From Methanomassiliicoccales archaeon (GTDB lineage Archaea; Thermoplasmatota; Thermoplasmata; Methanomassiliicoccales; UBA472), in contig DATKZX010000004.1 in assembly GCA_035527755.1 (NCBI GenBank), positions 21,014 to 85,013 on the forward strand: a stretch of DNA of 64,000 bases, read 5' to 3'. Positions 34,121 through 43,578 of this stretch are shown piece after piece. The first letter of the stretch is position 1; every line of letters starts with the position of its first letter. Both the position numbers and the translations under genes were made by a program. The notes beneath the pieces were generated by a model. That model did not search any database and had not been told where the DNA came from. It worked only from the letters and a program-made list of their open reading frames with translations.

Positions 34121-35697
34121 CAGCGGGACCTCCTGCCGTTGGTGATGTAACGGAGGGTAAGCATAGCTATGTAAGAAACAACTATGAGCACTATGCACGC
34201 AAGTCCAGCGGTGTAATATCCTCCAGCATAGATCAGGTTGACGATGTAGACCGGTGCGGTGTTGGCATTGCTGACCACTGCCAAGGTGGCACCTGTTTCC
34301 CCTAGACTACGGGTGAATGCCATTATCGCCCCGGCCAGTATGGAACCTTTTATCATTGGGTAGAGCACCCGGCGAAAGGCCTGGACCGGTTTGGCGCCAA
34401 GGGTCCTAGCGGTCTCCTCGAAAGTGGGGTCGACCTCCTCCACCGCTCCGGCGACGTTGCGCACGACCAAAGGATAGGTGAAGGCCACGTGGGCCAGGAT
34501 GATGAGCAGGACGTCGTAGGTAGGTATCAGGCTCTGGCTGGTCCAGAAGACCCCGAGGGAATATCCCAGAGCGGCGGTGGGTACGATAAGGGGGACGTTG
34601 ACCAGCACATCCAATATGGGCGATATTCTGCCAGTGTGGTTCTTGGCGATGTACAGCGCCAATGGGACCCCCAGGGCGATGTCTATCACTGTAACCACTC
34701 CCGCAATGAGGAAGGAGAACAGCAGGCTGTCGGTGAAAGGCCCCCAGTCCAGGGAGGTAGGGGTGGCCACCATTACATAGGAGAAGATGAAGAAAGAAGG
34801 AACGAGAACGAAGATTATCAGGAACAGAATGGCCAAGCCGTCCTTGGCTTTGGGGACCAATCCCCGAGATAGGAAACGCTCAGGGTATGGCCAGATGCGC
34901 CCCATAGGCAGACGGACCTTCATGATGACGAGCTTTAGCACCACCAAGAGCACTAAGGCCAGTAATATCAGGAGTATGCTAACGAAGGCCAGTGGCGCGG
35001 CCAGGTCCGGATGTGTCCCCAGCATGCCCTTCCACTGGCCGATGATGGTGGGACCGGTCTGAAAGCCCTGCGAGTTGGCCATGGTGGCCAAGGCGATCAT
35101 GGTACCACCGGTCTCGCTCAAACTTCGAGCGAAGCAGAGGATGATCCCGGTGACCAGACCTGCACGGAACAGTGGGAGGGTGATGGTACGGGCCGCCGTA
35201 AGGGCACTGGCGCCGAGTGTGCGTCCGGCGGTCTCATAGGTTTGATCGATCTGGACCAGGATGGCCGAGAGCGATCGTACCATGTAAGGATATGAGAACA
35301 CCACGTGCAGCAGGATTATCAACAGGTAGGGTGAACTGATGGCGTTGAGGGCGAAAGAGGGAGCCTGAAGGCTCTCTGGGGTCAGGGCGAAGAATATGGC
35401 GGCGCTGAAGCCCAAGGCGGCGGTTGGAACTGCCAAGGGCATATCTATCAGCGTATCCAGGAACCTCTTCCCCCGGAACTGCTTTCGTACCAGCATCCAG
35501 GCTACGGGCAGCCCCACCAGGATGTCGATCACGGTAACGATCCCGGCGATCTGGAAGGAGGCGACGATGGAATCCATTATCACCTTCATGGTGGCCGGAT
35601 CGTCCAGTACGAAGGTCTGGATGGAACCCCAGCTGGTGAAGGCGTAACTGAGGATGTAGACCGTAGGAAGGATGACGAAGAATAGGAAAAAGACCAC
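34120..35697 (-). CDS. Fused double ABC permease (two BPD-type transmembrane domains, CysTW/ModB-like EAA loops)
   Basis: The 525-aa protein has about 12 hydrophobic helices and two EAA-type loops, FARSLSETGGTMIALA and FTRSLGETGATLAVV. It has a GTG start. Confidence 0.8.
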   Translation of the reverse strand: MVFFLFFVILPTVYILSYAFTSWGSIQTFVLDDPATMKVIMDSIVASFQIAGIVTVIDILVGLPVAWMLVRKQFRGKRFLDTLIDMPLAVPTAALGFSAAIFFALTPESLQAPSFALNAISSPYLLIILLHVVFSYPYMVRSLSAILVQIDQTYETAGRTLGASALTAARTITLPLFRAGLVTGIILCFARSLSETGGTMIALATMANSQGFQTGPTIIGQWKGMLGTHPDLAAPLAFVSILLILLALVLLVVLKLVIMKVRLPMGRIWPYPERFLSRGLVPKAKDGLAILFLIIFVLVPSFFIFSYVMVATPTSLDWGPFTDSLLFSFLIAGVVTVIDIALGVPLALYIAKNHTGRISPILDVLVNVPLIVPTAALGYSLGVFWTSQSLIPTYDVLLIILAHVAFTYPLVVRNVAGAVEEVDPTFEETARTLGAKPVQAFRRVLYPMIKGSILAGAIMAFTRSLGETGATLAVVSNANTAPVYIVNLIYAGGYYTAGLACIVLIVVSYIAMLTLRYITNGRRSR

Positions 35698-35835
35698 TAT
35701 GAAAGCGGTCCATCCAGAACGAAACCTCTTCCGGCTAATAGCAGTGATGAGGGAATCCCATTTGATGTCCGCCAGACCTACACCCCGAATGGGTTCGAGA
35801 AAAGTCTGATGCCATATATACCTAGTGGACAGGGT

Positions 35836-36810
35836 TTATGTGCACTCGTCTGCACCCGCCACCAATATCTTCCCCTGGACCGTCTTACCGTCGGGGATCG
35901 TTGCTCCAGGACCGAGAATGCAGTCGTGCACCTGACAATCCCGGCCGATCGCTGCCCCCTCCATGAGGATGGAGTTCACCACCGATGATCCCCCCATTAT
36001 TCGAGACCGGGGTAGAGCACATACATGTGGGCCTACATGACAATGGGACAAAATAGATCCATCCAGATGATTCCGGCCCGACAGCTTGACCCCTTCGATA
36101 ACCGCGGGGTGTTCCTTGTCCTGTCCGTTGTCGATCAGCACCGCCTGCGCCCTGAGATAGCTCTCAGGAGTACCGCAGTCCACCCAATATCCGGAGAAGC
36201 GGTGGCCATAGAGCCCTTTCTCCAGGACCAGAGGGAACACGGACCTCTCCAATGAGATCACTCCTTCACCGATTAGGTCCACGATCTCCGGTTCGAAACA
36301 GTATATTCCGGCATTTATGAGGTCGGACCTTGCCGTTCCCGGCGTCGGCTTCTCTTGGAAATCGATCACGCGATCGTTCCGCAGACCTACAACTCCGAAG
36401 GCTGTGGGATCGGGCACCTGCCATAGCGCCAATGAACCCATCCCGCCCTTTGCTCTATGAAAGTCCAGAAATCCCTGCATGTCCAACGAGCTGACGATAT
36501 CTCCATTGCAGCACAGGAATGTCCCATCCAGATACTGGCGTACGTTCCTTATCGCCCCTCCAGTCCCTAGGGGCTCGGTCTCGTTCACCAGTACTACCTT
36601 CCTTCCGCAGTCGTTCCTACGGAAATATTCCTCCAGGGCGTCCTTCATATAGCTGACAGCCAGGACAACTGTGTCGACCTGCTTCGGCAGGGAATCTATG
36701 ATGTGCATGACCAGCGGTCTGCCGAGAAGGGGTACCAAAGGTTTTGGCGTAGAATATGTTAAAGGCCTCAACCGGGTGCCCATGCCCCCGGCCAGGATCA
36801 GTGCTTTCAT
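35836..36810 (-). CDS. Sugar-1-phosphate nucleotidylyltransferase with a C-terminal hexapeptide-repeat domain
   Basis: It has MKALILAGGMGTRLRPLTYSTPKPLVPL and GTGGAIR, with C-terminal beta-helix repeats. Confidence 0.8.
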   Translation of the reverse strand: MKALILAGGMGTRLRPLTYSTPKPLVPLLGRPLVMHIIDSLPKQVDTVVLAVSYMKDALEEYFRRNDCGRKVVLVNETEPLGTGGAIRNVRQYLDGTFLCCNGDIVSSLDMQGFLDFHRAKGGMGSLALWQVPDPTAFGVVGLRNDRVIDFQEKPTPGTARSDLINAGIYCFEPEIVDLIGEGVISLERSVFPLVLEKGLYGHRFSGYWVDCGTPESYLRAQAVLIDNGQDKEHPAVIEGVKLSGRNHLDGSILSHCHVGPHVCALPRSRIMGGSSVVNSILMEGAAIGRDCQVHDCILGPGATIPDGKTVQGKILVAGADECT

Positions 36811-36818
36811 TAAAGGTA

Positions 36819-37034
36819 TCAGAGAGGGGAGATGCTGACGACGTTGTTCCCCCGCAGGATGACCATGCCCAATCGTCGGACCTGGTCCGCATTGCGTTCC
36901 TCGGTATCTTCCAGCACCATGTTCATGTACTCGTCGTAGCCGGTGAGCTTTCCTTCCAAGACGCGGCTGTCTTTGAGCAGGAGTGACACCTTCTTGTTCA
37001 GGGTCTTCTCCATTAGCGCTAGAGGCATTACCAT
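36819..37034 (-). CDS. Sm-like archaeal protein (SmAP/LSm)
   Basis: The Sm1 motif is VSLLLKDSRVLEGKLTGYDEYMNMVLED. The Sm2 motif is GMVILRGNNVVSISP. Confidence 0.85.
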   Translation of the reverse strand: MVMPLALMEKTLNKKVSLLLKDSRVLEGKLTGYDEYMNMVLEDTEERNADQVRRLGMVILRGNNVVSISPL

Positions 37035-37285
37035 GTTATCACTCTGGTAGGCATTGTACCCCTTTCATTTAAACCTTTTCGCCTGGTAACGACAGAGCCA
37101 TCATGCCTTAAAGGCCAATGGCCCATCGCCTAAGATGTCGTTTCGAACGTAATCGACGTAATCCTCCTGCAGGACCAGGTCTGAAACGCTCACCAAGCTC
37201 ACGCCACCTCTGTATGACGACCACGCCAGGGGGGCGGTGAAAGGAGGTATACGGGTGATGGCCCAACCGTCCAGGGCCCTAGTGT

Positions 37286-37780
37286 TCACTGTTTTATTTT
37301 TAATTCCATCCACTCCTTTATTTCTTCCTTCCTAGTACTTCCGATGCCGAAATATTCTGAGAACTTGCGGTTTGTGCTGAGGGATAGCGTCTGTCCCACA
37401 CGCTTACTGGTGATCAGACCGGTCTGCCTCAGTATCTTGACCCGCTCATAGACACCGGACCCCAGCATCTTTGCCAGATCGCTCTGCAATATCGGCTGAT
37501 TGTAGGCGATTATGGCCACTGTCTTCAGTACGTCCGGGGACAGTTCCTGCTCAGCGAAGGGCAGGGAGTAATGGTTGAACTCCGAACGCAGCTGCATGGA
37601 ATAGCGCTGGCCGATCTTGACCACCTCTATGGCCGAACCGCGCTCCTGATACTCGCCCTCCAACCGCTTTAGTTCACGCCTGACGGCGTCCGGGCTGAGA
37701 TCGCACATGTCAGCAATATCGCTGGCCCGCAAGGGCTGCGATGCAGCGAATAACACGGCCTCCACAGCTCCCTTCTCCAA
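37286..37780 (-). CDS. scpB: Segregation and condensation protein B
   Basis: It has tandem wHTH domains with VEAVLFAASQPLRASDIA and AIIAYNQPILQSDLAKMLG. It is the last gene of the smc-scpA-scpB operon. Confidence 0.85.
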   Translation of the reverse strand: MEKGAVEAVLFAASQPLRASDIADMCDLSPDAVRRELKRLEGEYQERGSAIEVVKIGQRYSMQLRSEFNHYSLPFAEQELSPDVLKTVAIIAYNQPILQSDLAKMLGSGVYERVKILRQTGLITSKRVGQTLSLSTNRKFSEYFGIGSTRKEEIKEWMELKIKQ

Positions 37781-37781
37781 C

Positions 37782-38690
37782 TTACATCACCATTTCCATC
37801 GAGGGCAGGGACACCTTGACCTCCTGTCCGTCGACCAGCTGGCCTATGTCCCAGGGCAACTTGATCTCCAGATATATCTGACCGTATGGCAGCTGGTCCT
37901 GCCACAGCGATATCTTGCCAGTACGTGCCAGGAACAGCAGGGAGACGAATACTTTGATGCGGTCCTCCTTATCACCCTCGAACAGGTCCTCTAGGGCGAT
38001 GGGGCCGTTGCCGCACCTCATGATCCGGGCCCAGGTGTCAGTGATGTCCTGTTCCTGATCGTCGTTGTGGCTTTTTCCGTCGAACTTTCCTTGCGCCTTA
38101 AGCAGTTGCTCCCGAACCCTCTGCCGGTGCAGTGCCACCTCCACCTCCTGTTGGGCGGTATCAAAGGCATCCAACAGTTCGACGAGCGATACTGGACGAG
38201 AGCAGTGGTGGCGTACGACCTCGGTCAGTTCCACGCCCTCCGGCACGGTCATTTCGATGTCCGGAAGGGCCGGTTCCACGAACTGTTCCATATTGTCCAT
38301 GTCCCAATCGGCGAAGAATACCTCCTCGCGGCGATCGTTGAGATTCAATACCTCCTTGGACTGCATGTGCAGAATGCTCCAGGCCATGTGCATGAGCTTG
38401 CCTGCTACGATGAAATCGACCTCTTCCGAGTGCATCTTCTGCCCATAGAGCTGGGCGAACTTCATCAGGTCCACGTCCCAAGGATCGAGGTCGTTGCTCA
38501 GCACAAGCTCGAAGACCAGCTGCAGCGAGCGGTCTAGAGGTTCCCGTCCGGTCAGCTGCAGTTCGTCCTCGGCCGAGTGCAACAACCCCAAGTAGCGGTC
38601 TATCTTCTCCCCACCGCGTCCCTCGTCGATCAAAGCCTTGTGGAACATCAGGTGTCCCAATACGTTGTCCAAGCTCCCACTCTCAATCAT
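37782..38690 (-). CDS. scpA: Segregation and condensation protein A (kleisin)
   Basis: It has DLDPWDVDLMKFAQLY near the N-terminus and a C-terminal winged helix (VFVSLLFLARTGKISLWQD). It overlaps smc by 4 nt. Confidence 0.85.
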   Translation of the reverse strand: MIESGSLDNVLGHLMFHKALIDEGRGGEKIDRYLGLLHSAEDELQLTGREPLDRSLQLVFELVLSNDLDPWDVDLMKFAQLYGQKMHSEEVDFIVAGKLMHMAWSILHMQSKEVLNLNDRREEVFFADWDMDNMEQFVEPALPDIEMTVPEGVELTEVVRHHCSRPVSLVELLDAFDTAQQEVEVALHRQRVREQLLKAQGKFDGKSHNDDQEQDITDTWARIMRCGNGPIALEDLFEGDKEDRIKVFVSLLFLARTGKISLWQDQLPYGQIYLEIKLPWDIGQLVDGQEVKVSLPSMEMVM

Positions 38691-41600
38691 TCCCCATCCC
38701 TCCTAACCTTCTCCTCAGGTAACCCGATCACGTTCTCCAGCTCGCTGAGATCGCCGATGTTCGGCTTGACAATGACACAGCTGATACCCCCGGCAGGCTT
38801 GGTCACGCCGATGATGTGGTCGGCCTTTTTCAGAGTGACCTTTCTTAGGGATATCTGCACGAACTGAGCGGTGGCACTGCTCTTCTTAACCCGGTTTGCC
38901 ACCATCTCTGCGTTTACTGCATCCAGGAACATGTCCACCTCATCCAGCAGATAGAATGGTGAAGGCTGCCATTCCTGGAGCGCGAAAATGAACGCCAAGG
39001 CGGTCAGGCTCTTCTCTCCGCCGCTCAAAGCCTCTAACCTCAATACCTTACCGTTACGTGGCCTAGCCTTGATTATCAGACCGCCCTGGAACGGTTCCTG
39101 CGGATTTTCCAATAGAAGCTCCGCCTCCCCGCCCCCGGACAGTTCCGCGTATACCCGACGGAAGTTTGTGTTGACAGCGTCGTACACCTTCACCAGGTTG
39201 ACCTTCTTCTTTTCGTTCAGCTGGCCTGTCAGTGCCATCAGTTGGTCCCGCTGGTCCTCCAATCTCTTGGTCTCGCCACGTAGCTCGACGTGCCTGGCCT
39301 TCTTATTATCGTAATCTTCAATGGACCTCAGGTTGATCGCCCCCATACCATTAAGGGCGTTCTCGCATAGCGCCATCTCGGAGCGGATGTCATCCAAGGA
39401 TGGTAGAGGAAAATGGACCGTAAGGTTGTGCTGGGCGATCTCCTGCTGCAGTTCCCTCAACCTCTCTTCCCCGGTCTTCAGTTTAGTGTTCAACCCGATG
39501 AGGAAGTCATTGGAGGTCTCTAACTTGACCAATACCTTTTCCCTGTCTGCCTGGGCCTGTCCCTTGTGACCGAGCAGCTTCTCCTTGGCGTCCCTCAGGT
39601 CGGTGATCTCCTGACCCATGGAATCCTCGATCTTCTTCAGGGCGGACAGCTCGATCTTGAACTTGTCCTCCCTCTCCCCGGCGACCTTCGCCTGAGAACC
39701 TAGCTGGCGCAACTTTTCCTGCCACTGCGCCTCCTGCTCGGACATTTCCTTCGAACGCTGCTCTCGAGCATCGTTCCTCATCTTTAGAGATTCGTGGTCG
39801 GAACGCTTGGTGGATAGTGATTGAGAGGTGCTTACGATCGCAGCCTGTACCTCTCTCAATTTCTGCGAAAGTTCCGCAGGAGCGATCTCCAGCAACCGAT
39901 CGGACTGGACATCCCGTTCTTCCTTGACCTTGACCAGTTCCCCATCCAACTTGGTGACCTGCAGGCCAAGCTCGGCTGCTTGCGATAGAGAGCGTTCCCG
40001 CTCCGCTTGCTTGGCCACAGCGCCCTCGGTCACCCTCTTCAGGCGAGCCTTTTGTTCGTTCAACTGCTTCTGCAGACCTTCCAGCTCGATGCCTTTGCCC
40101 CGATCGGCCCCGCTGATCTCCCGGATACGGGACTCCAGATCGGCCACCTCTTGCCGCAGGGTGAGCAGCTCGGTACCCACCTTGTCCGCCTGGTCTGTGG
40201 CCTTCCTCAATTCATCGGCCACTTCGTCCGTTTTGCCCTTTCCGGAGCCGAACTTGAGCTTACCGCCCGCAACGGTCCCGCCCACCATCGCACCCGAGGC
40301 CTCTATGAGCTCCCCGGTGACAGTGACCAGCCGCACGCCGCCCATGAGCCTTCGGGCCTGCTGAAGGGTATCGACCACGACGGTGTCCCCAAAGACGTAC
40401 CAAAATGCGGCACGATATTGCTCATCGAACTTGATCAGGTCGATGGCGAAACCGGCGGCCTCCCTCTCGGCTAACAGGGCTTTGCCTCTGGGCTTGCCAT
40501 CCAGCATCTTGTTCAGCGGAAGGAATGTAGCGCGGCCGAGGTCGCCACGTTTCAGATAATTGATGGCGTTGGAGGCCACTTCGTCGTCCTCTACGATTAT
40601 GGACTGCATACGTCCGCCGGCAGCGGTGTTTAGAGCCACCTCGTACTTGGGGTCCACATCGGCCAGTTCGGCGATGGTGCCGTGAATGCCTTTCATCTCG
40701 CCGCGGTCCCTGGCCTCGAGTAGGCTTTTGACCGCCCGGTTATAACCGCGCGCCACGTTCACCGCGGCCTCTTCTTCGGCCTTCAGATGATTGTATTCCC
40801 GGGTAAGATTGCGCACCGCCTGCTCCAGCTCGACCGCCATTTTAGTGAGCTGTCCTTCCCGGTTCTTTTTAGAGTAAAATTGCTCCTGCATCGATTTCAG
40901 AGAGCCGGAGGAGTCTTTCCCCTGCTTACCCAGCTCTTTGATCCTCCAATCGAGGTCCTTGACCTCGAATTCCGCAGTTCCCTGATCGGTGCGCAGGACC
41001 TCGAGCTCGGCACCAAGGTCCTGGGATAATCTCTCCAGCCTCTCCTTCTCCAGTTTCTTGGCATGGAGTATCTCGGACATCTCCCGGATGCGCTTGTCCT
41101 GCTCCTTTACTTCCTTTTCCAGTACCGATAGTTCACTATCATAGGAGCTGAGCTCGCCCTGAAGCTTTTCCTGCTCCGACTGTAACTTCTTAACCTTGGC
41201 CTCCAAGGTCATGAGGTCGGCCGCGGCTGCGGAAAGGGCTGCGATCTGCCCCTCCTTATCTTGGAGCATCACCTCTCTTTCCTGAAGCAGCTCCTGGACC
41301 TCCTCTTCGACCTCGGTCATCTGATCTCGGGACCGGTCACGCTGGTCGGCCGCTCTGGCCACCTCCACCCGCAGCCCGTCCATCCTCTCCTTGAGGTTCA
41401 GGAACTCGTTGCCGCCCTTGGCCTTCAGCTCCTCCTCCTTCTTTTGGAACTGCTCCTCGATGGAACGTATCTGAGCCTCCAGCTCGGTCCTTCGCACTTT
41501 TAAGGCCTCGATCTCCTTGTTGTAGGATCCGATCTGCTCGCCTATGGTGCGTATCTCCAGCTCCGCCCCTTCCTTTCGCTTATGGGCCAGACGGGCTTTC

Positions 41601-42289
41601 GCCAGCGCCAAACGGTCCTTCATCTCCAGGTACTTGAGCGCAGCTCCACGTTCCTGTTCCAGCTGACGGATCTGCTTGTCCAGTTCACCGAGGATGATGG
41701 CGATGCGTTCGATGTTGTCCTGTGCGGAGCGTTTCTCCCCATCGGCCTTTAGTATGTCCTCATCGAACTTGGCGATGCCGGATATCTCATCCAGGACCCG
41801 TCTCCGTTCCAGAGTGGACATCTCTACGATACGGGTGACATCGCCCTGCTGGACCAGGTTATAGCCTTCGGCGCTGATGCGAGAGCTGGAAAGAAGGTAA
41901 TCGAACTCCGTCAGGGTGGATTTGCGATCATTGACGTAGAAGTAGGAATTGTAACCATCACCGGAATCGGACAATTTGACATACCTGGTCAGTTTGACCA
42001 TGTCCTCGTCAAGCGGTATCATACGGTCGGCGTTATCGAAGACCAGTGATACCCTGGTATGATTGGCGGGCTGCTTCACATTACCGCCGTTGAATATTAG
42101 ATCGGAAAGTTTGCCGGCGCGGATGGCCTTGGAGCTCTTGGGCCCAAGAACGAAAAGTATGGCATCTGATATGTTAGACTTGCCCGAACCGTTGGGGCCA
42201 GTGACCGCGGTGAACCCGCTGAGCATCGGTATGGTCAGCTTCTTACCGAAAGACTTGAAGTTCTCTAATTCGATGTGCTTAAGATACAT
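38687..42289 (-). CDS. smc: Chromosome segregation ATPase SMC
   Basis: The protein is 1200 aa. It has Walker A GPNGSGKSN and long coiled coils flanking a hinge (GIHGTIAELADVDPKYEVALNTAAGG). The C-terminal signature is LSGGEKSLTALAFIFAL and Walker B is FYLLDEVDMFLD. Confidence 0.95.
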   Translation of the reverse strand: MYLKHIELENFKSFGKKLTIPMLSGFTAVTGPNGSGKSNISDAILFVLGPKSSKAIRAGKLSDLIFNGGNVKQPANHTRVSLVFDNADRMIPLDEDMVKLTRYVKLSDSGDGYNSYFYVNDRKSTLTEFDYLLSSSRISAEGYNLVQQGDVTRIVEMSTLERRRVLDEISGIAKFDEDILKADGEKRSAQDNIERIAIILGELDKQIRQLEQERGAALKYLEMKDRLALAKARLAHKRKEGAELEIRTIGEQIGSYNKEIEALKVRRTELEAQIRSIEEQFQKKEEELKAKGGNEFLNLKERMDGLRVEVARAADQRDRSRDQMTEVEEEVQELLQEREVMLQDKEGQIAALSAAAADLMTLEAKVKKLQSEQEKLQGELSSYDSELSVLEKEVKEQDKRIREMSEILHAKKLEKERLERLSQDLGAELEVLRTDQGTAEFEVKDLDWRIKELGKQGKDSSGSLKSMQEQFYSKKNREGQLTKMAVELEQAVRNLTREYNHLKAEEEAAVNVARGYNRAVKSLLEARDRGEMKGIHGTIAELADVDPKYEVALNTAAGGRMQSIIVEDDEVASNAINYLKRGDLGRATFLPLNKMLDGKPRGKALLAEREAAGFAIDLIKFDEQYRAAFWYVFGDTVVVDTLQQARRLMGGVRLVTVTGELIEASGAMVGGTVAGGKLKFGSGKGKTDEVADELRKATDQADKVGTELLTLRQEVADLESRIREISGADRGKGIELEGLQKQLNEQKARLKRVTEGAVAKQAERERSLSQAAELGLQVTKLDGELVKVKEERDVQSDRLLEIAPAELSQKLREVQAAIVSTSQSLSTKRSDHESLKMRNDAREQRSKEMSEQEAQWQEKLRQLGSQAKVAGEREDKFKIELSALKKIEDSMGQEITDLRDAKEKLLGHKGQAQADREKVLVKLETSNDFLIGLNTKLKTGEERLRELQQEIAQHNLTVHFPLPSLDDIRSEMALCENALNGMGAINLRSIEDYDNKKARHVELRGETKRLEDQRDQLMALTGQLNEKKKVNLVKVYDAVNTNFRRVYAELSGGGEAELLLENPQEPFQGGLIIKARPRNGKVLRLEALSGGEKSLTALAFIFALQEWQPSPFYLLDEVDMFLDAVNAEMVANRVKKSSATAQFVQISLRKVTLKKADHIIGVTKPAGGISCVIVKPNIGDLSELENVIGLPEEKVRRDGE

Positions 42290-42594
42290 GCCACACTCTC
42301 TGAGGAGTGCGAAGGTGCTCTATCCCACTCGCCTTCGCTCGAGTGCATCCCATCCCGAGTCCGACATGTGTCGGACATATAAAGTATATTTTGTGGTATA
42401 TAAATAATTTGTCTTGTTGATATTAATACCCAGAGATGCACAAAGAGCATGATCGCTACTACCTGTTCGAAGAGATCTCTCACAGATCCGTAAAACCCCA
42501 GACATTGGCCAGTGAAAAGTGCGTGAATAAAATCTTGAAGTGACGATGTGTCAGACAAAACGTACAATGAGGTAGAGACCTCCCGGTCGTCGAC

Positions 42595-43488
42595 CTATTT
42601 ACCGCCGAACCAGGACCGGGCCACTTGGACCAGGCGTTCCTTCCGGAAGTATTGACGGATCTCGGGGTCATCTATCCGACGTTCACGGTTCACGAACGCA
42701 GTCATAAATCCCATAGGCAAGGCCAAGCCCTGGTAATGCGGAGGGAAGCGCAATCCGAAGTACAATCCAACGGTGACGACGAGCAACGGATGGTAATCCA
42801 GGCGGTACATTCCTCTCCCCCAGTGGAAATACCCTTTCCAAGCCCCCTCCTTATTGAATCCCAGACGGGTCTCGCAATAGCCCGTGGTGGTAAGCACTTT
42901 CTGCCTCTTGCCCATCTTGTATGATTTGACCAGCAGCACCGTGTCGGGGGAGATGCTGACCGGATATCCGCCAACGGATACTAGGAAATCACGTCGGTAC
43001 AAACGGTTGTCATTGAAGCCGATGATGATGTCCCCTGAGGGCTGGGTCGGCACACCTTGCTTTTGACCGTCGACCTCAAAGCTCTCCTCACCGCAGACTA
43101 TCACCAGCTCCTCGTCCATATCCAGAGCTTGGGCGAGTTTCAGAAAGTAATCGGTGTCCAGGTCCACCGTGGCGTCCACCTTGGACAGGTATTGGAACGG
43201 GTGCCCTCCTTCTTTCTCCAGAATGAAGGACAGCCCATCGTTCACCCCACGAGCGAAGTTCATGTGGCCATGCCCGGGAGCGTATGTCTTTTGAGGAATG
43301 ACCGATACCCAATTCAGATCTGAGAACAGTTGCTCGGCTGCGGTCAAACTGCCATCAGAGCTCTCACCGACCACGATGACCCAGAGGTCAGGACGTAGCT
43401 CCTGCGATAGTACGGTCCGTCGCAAACGGTCCAACTGCTCCCGCTCGTTTCGGATGGGGGTTATCAGGGCCAACCGCTTTCCGGACAT
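42595..43488 (-). CDS. Glycosyltransferase family 2-like protein
   Basis: The start was set at ATG 43488 (MSGKRLALITPIRNE). It has a GT-A-like N-terminus and an acidic VDATVDLDTDY segment. The ORF track allows 43524. Confidence 0.55.
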   Translation of the reverse strand: MSGKRLALITPIRNEREQLDRLRRTVLSQELRPDLWVIVVGESSDGSLTAAEQLFSDLNWVSVIPQKTYAPGHGHMNFARGVNDGLSFILEKEGGHPFQYLSKVDATVDLDTDYFLKLAQALDMDEELVIVCGEESFEVDGQKQGVPTQPSGDIIIGFNDNRLYRRDFLVSVGGYPVSISPDTVLLVKSYKMGKRQKVLTTTGYCETRLGFNKEGAWKGYFHWGRGMYRLDYHPLLVVTVGLYFGLRFPPHYQGLALPMGFMTAFVNRERRIDDPEIRQYFRKERLVQVARSWFGGK

Positions 43489-43578
43489 GGTCTCTCCATC
43501 GTCCGATTGAGCACCTGGGTTCATATAGTTGTCGAGGCCAGGAGATGTTTTTATACATTTAACGTGGATAAAGGGGGG

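Noticed and set aside
35741-35813. A possible C/D-box sRNA lies on the plus strand. It has GTGATGA (35744-35750), CTGA (35806-35809) and a 3-bp terminal stem GCA/TGC.
   Set aside because: It has no convincing internal D'/C' boxes. The C-to-D spacing of 66 nt with a 36-nt second spacer is atypical for archaeal C/D sRNAs. It lies antisense to the leader of the ABC operon. Chance occurrence of the two short boxes is plausible. It needs snoscan or Infernal and RNA-seq before being called.
37035-37313. A 70-aa minus-strand ORF (37101-37313) and a 26-aa plus-strand hydrophobic ORF behind a strong AAAGGAGGT lie in the 250-nt gap between the Sm gene and scpB.
   Set aside because: I recognise no homology. 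The longer ORF overlaps the scpB 3' end by 28 nt and has no good start context. The short one is too small to support from sequence alone. The gap is nonetheless unusually long for this genome and deserves an RNA-seq or Ribo-seq check.
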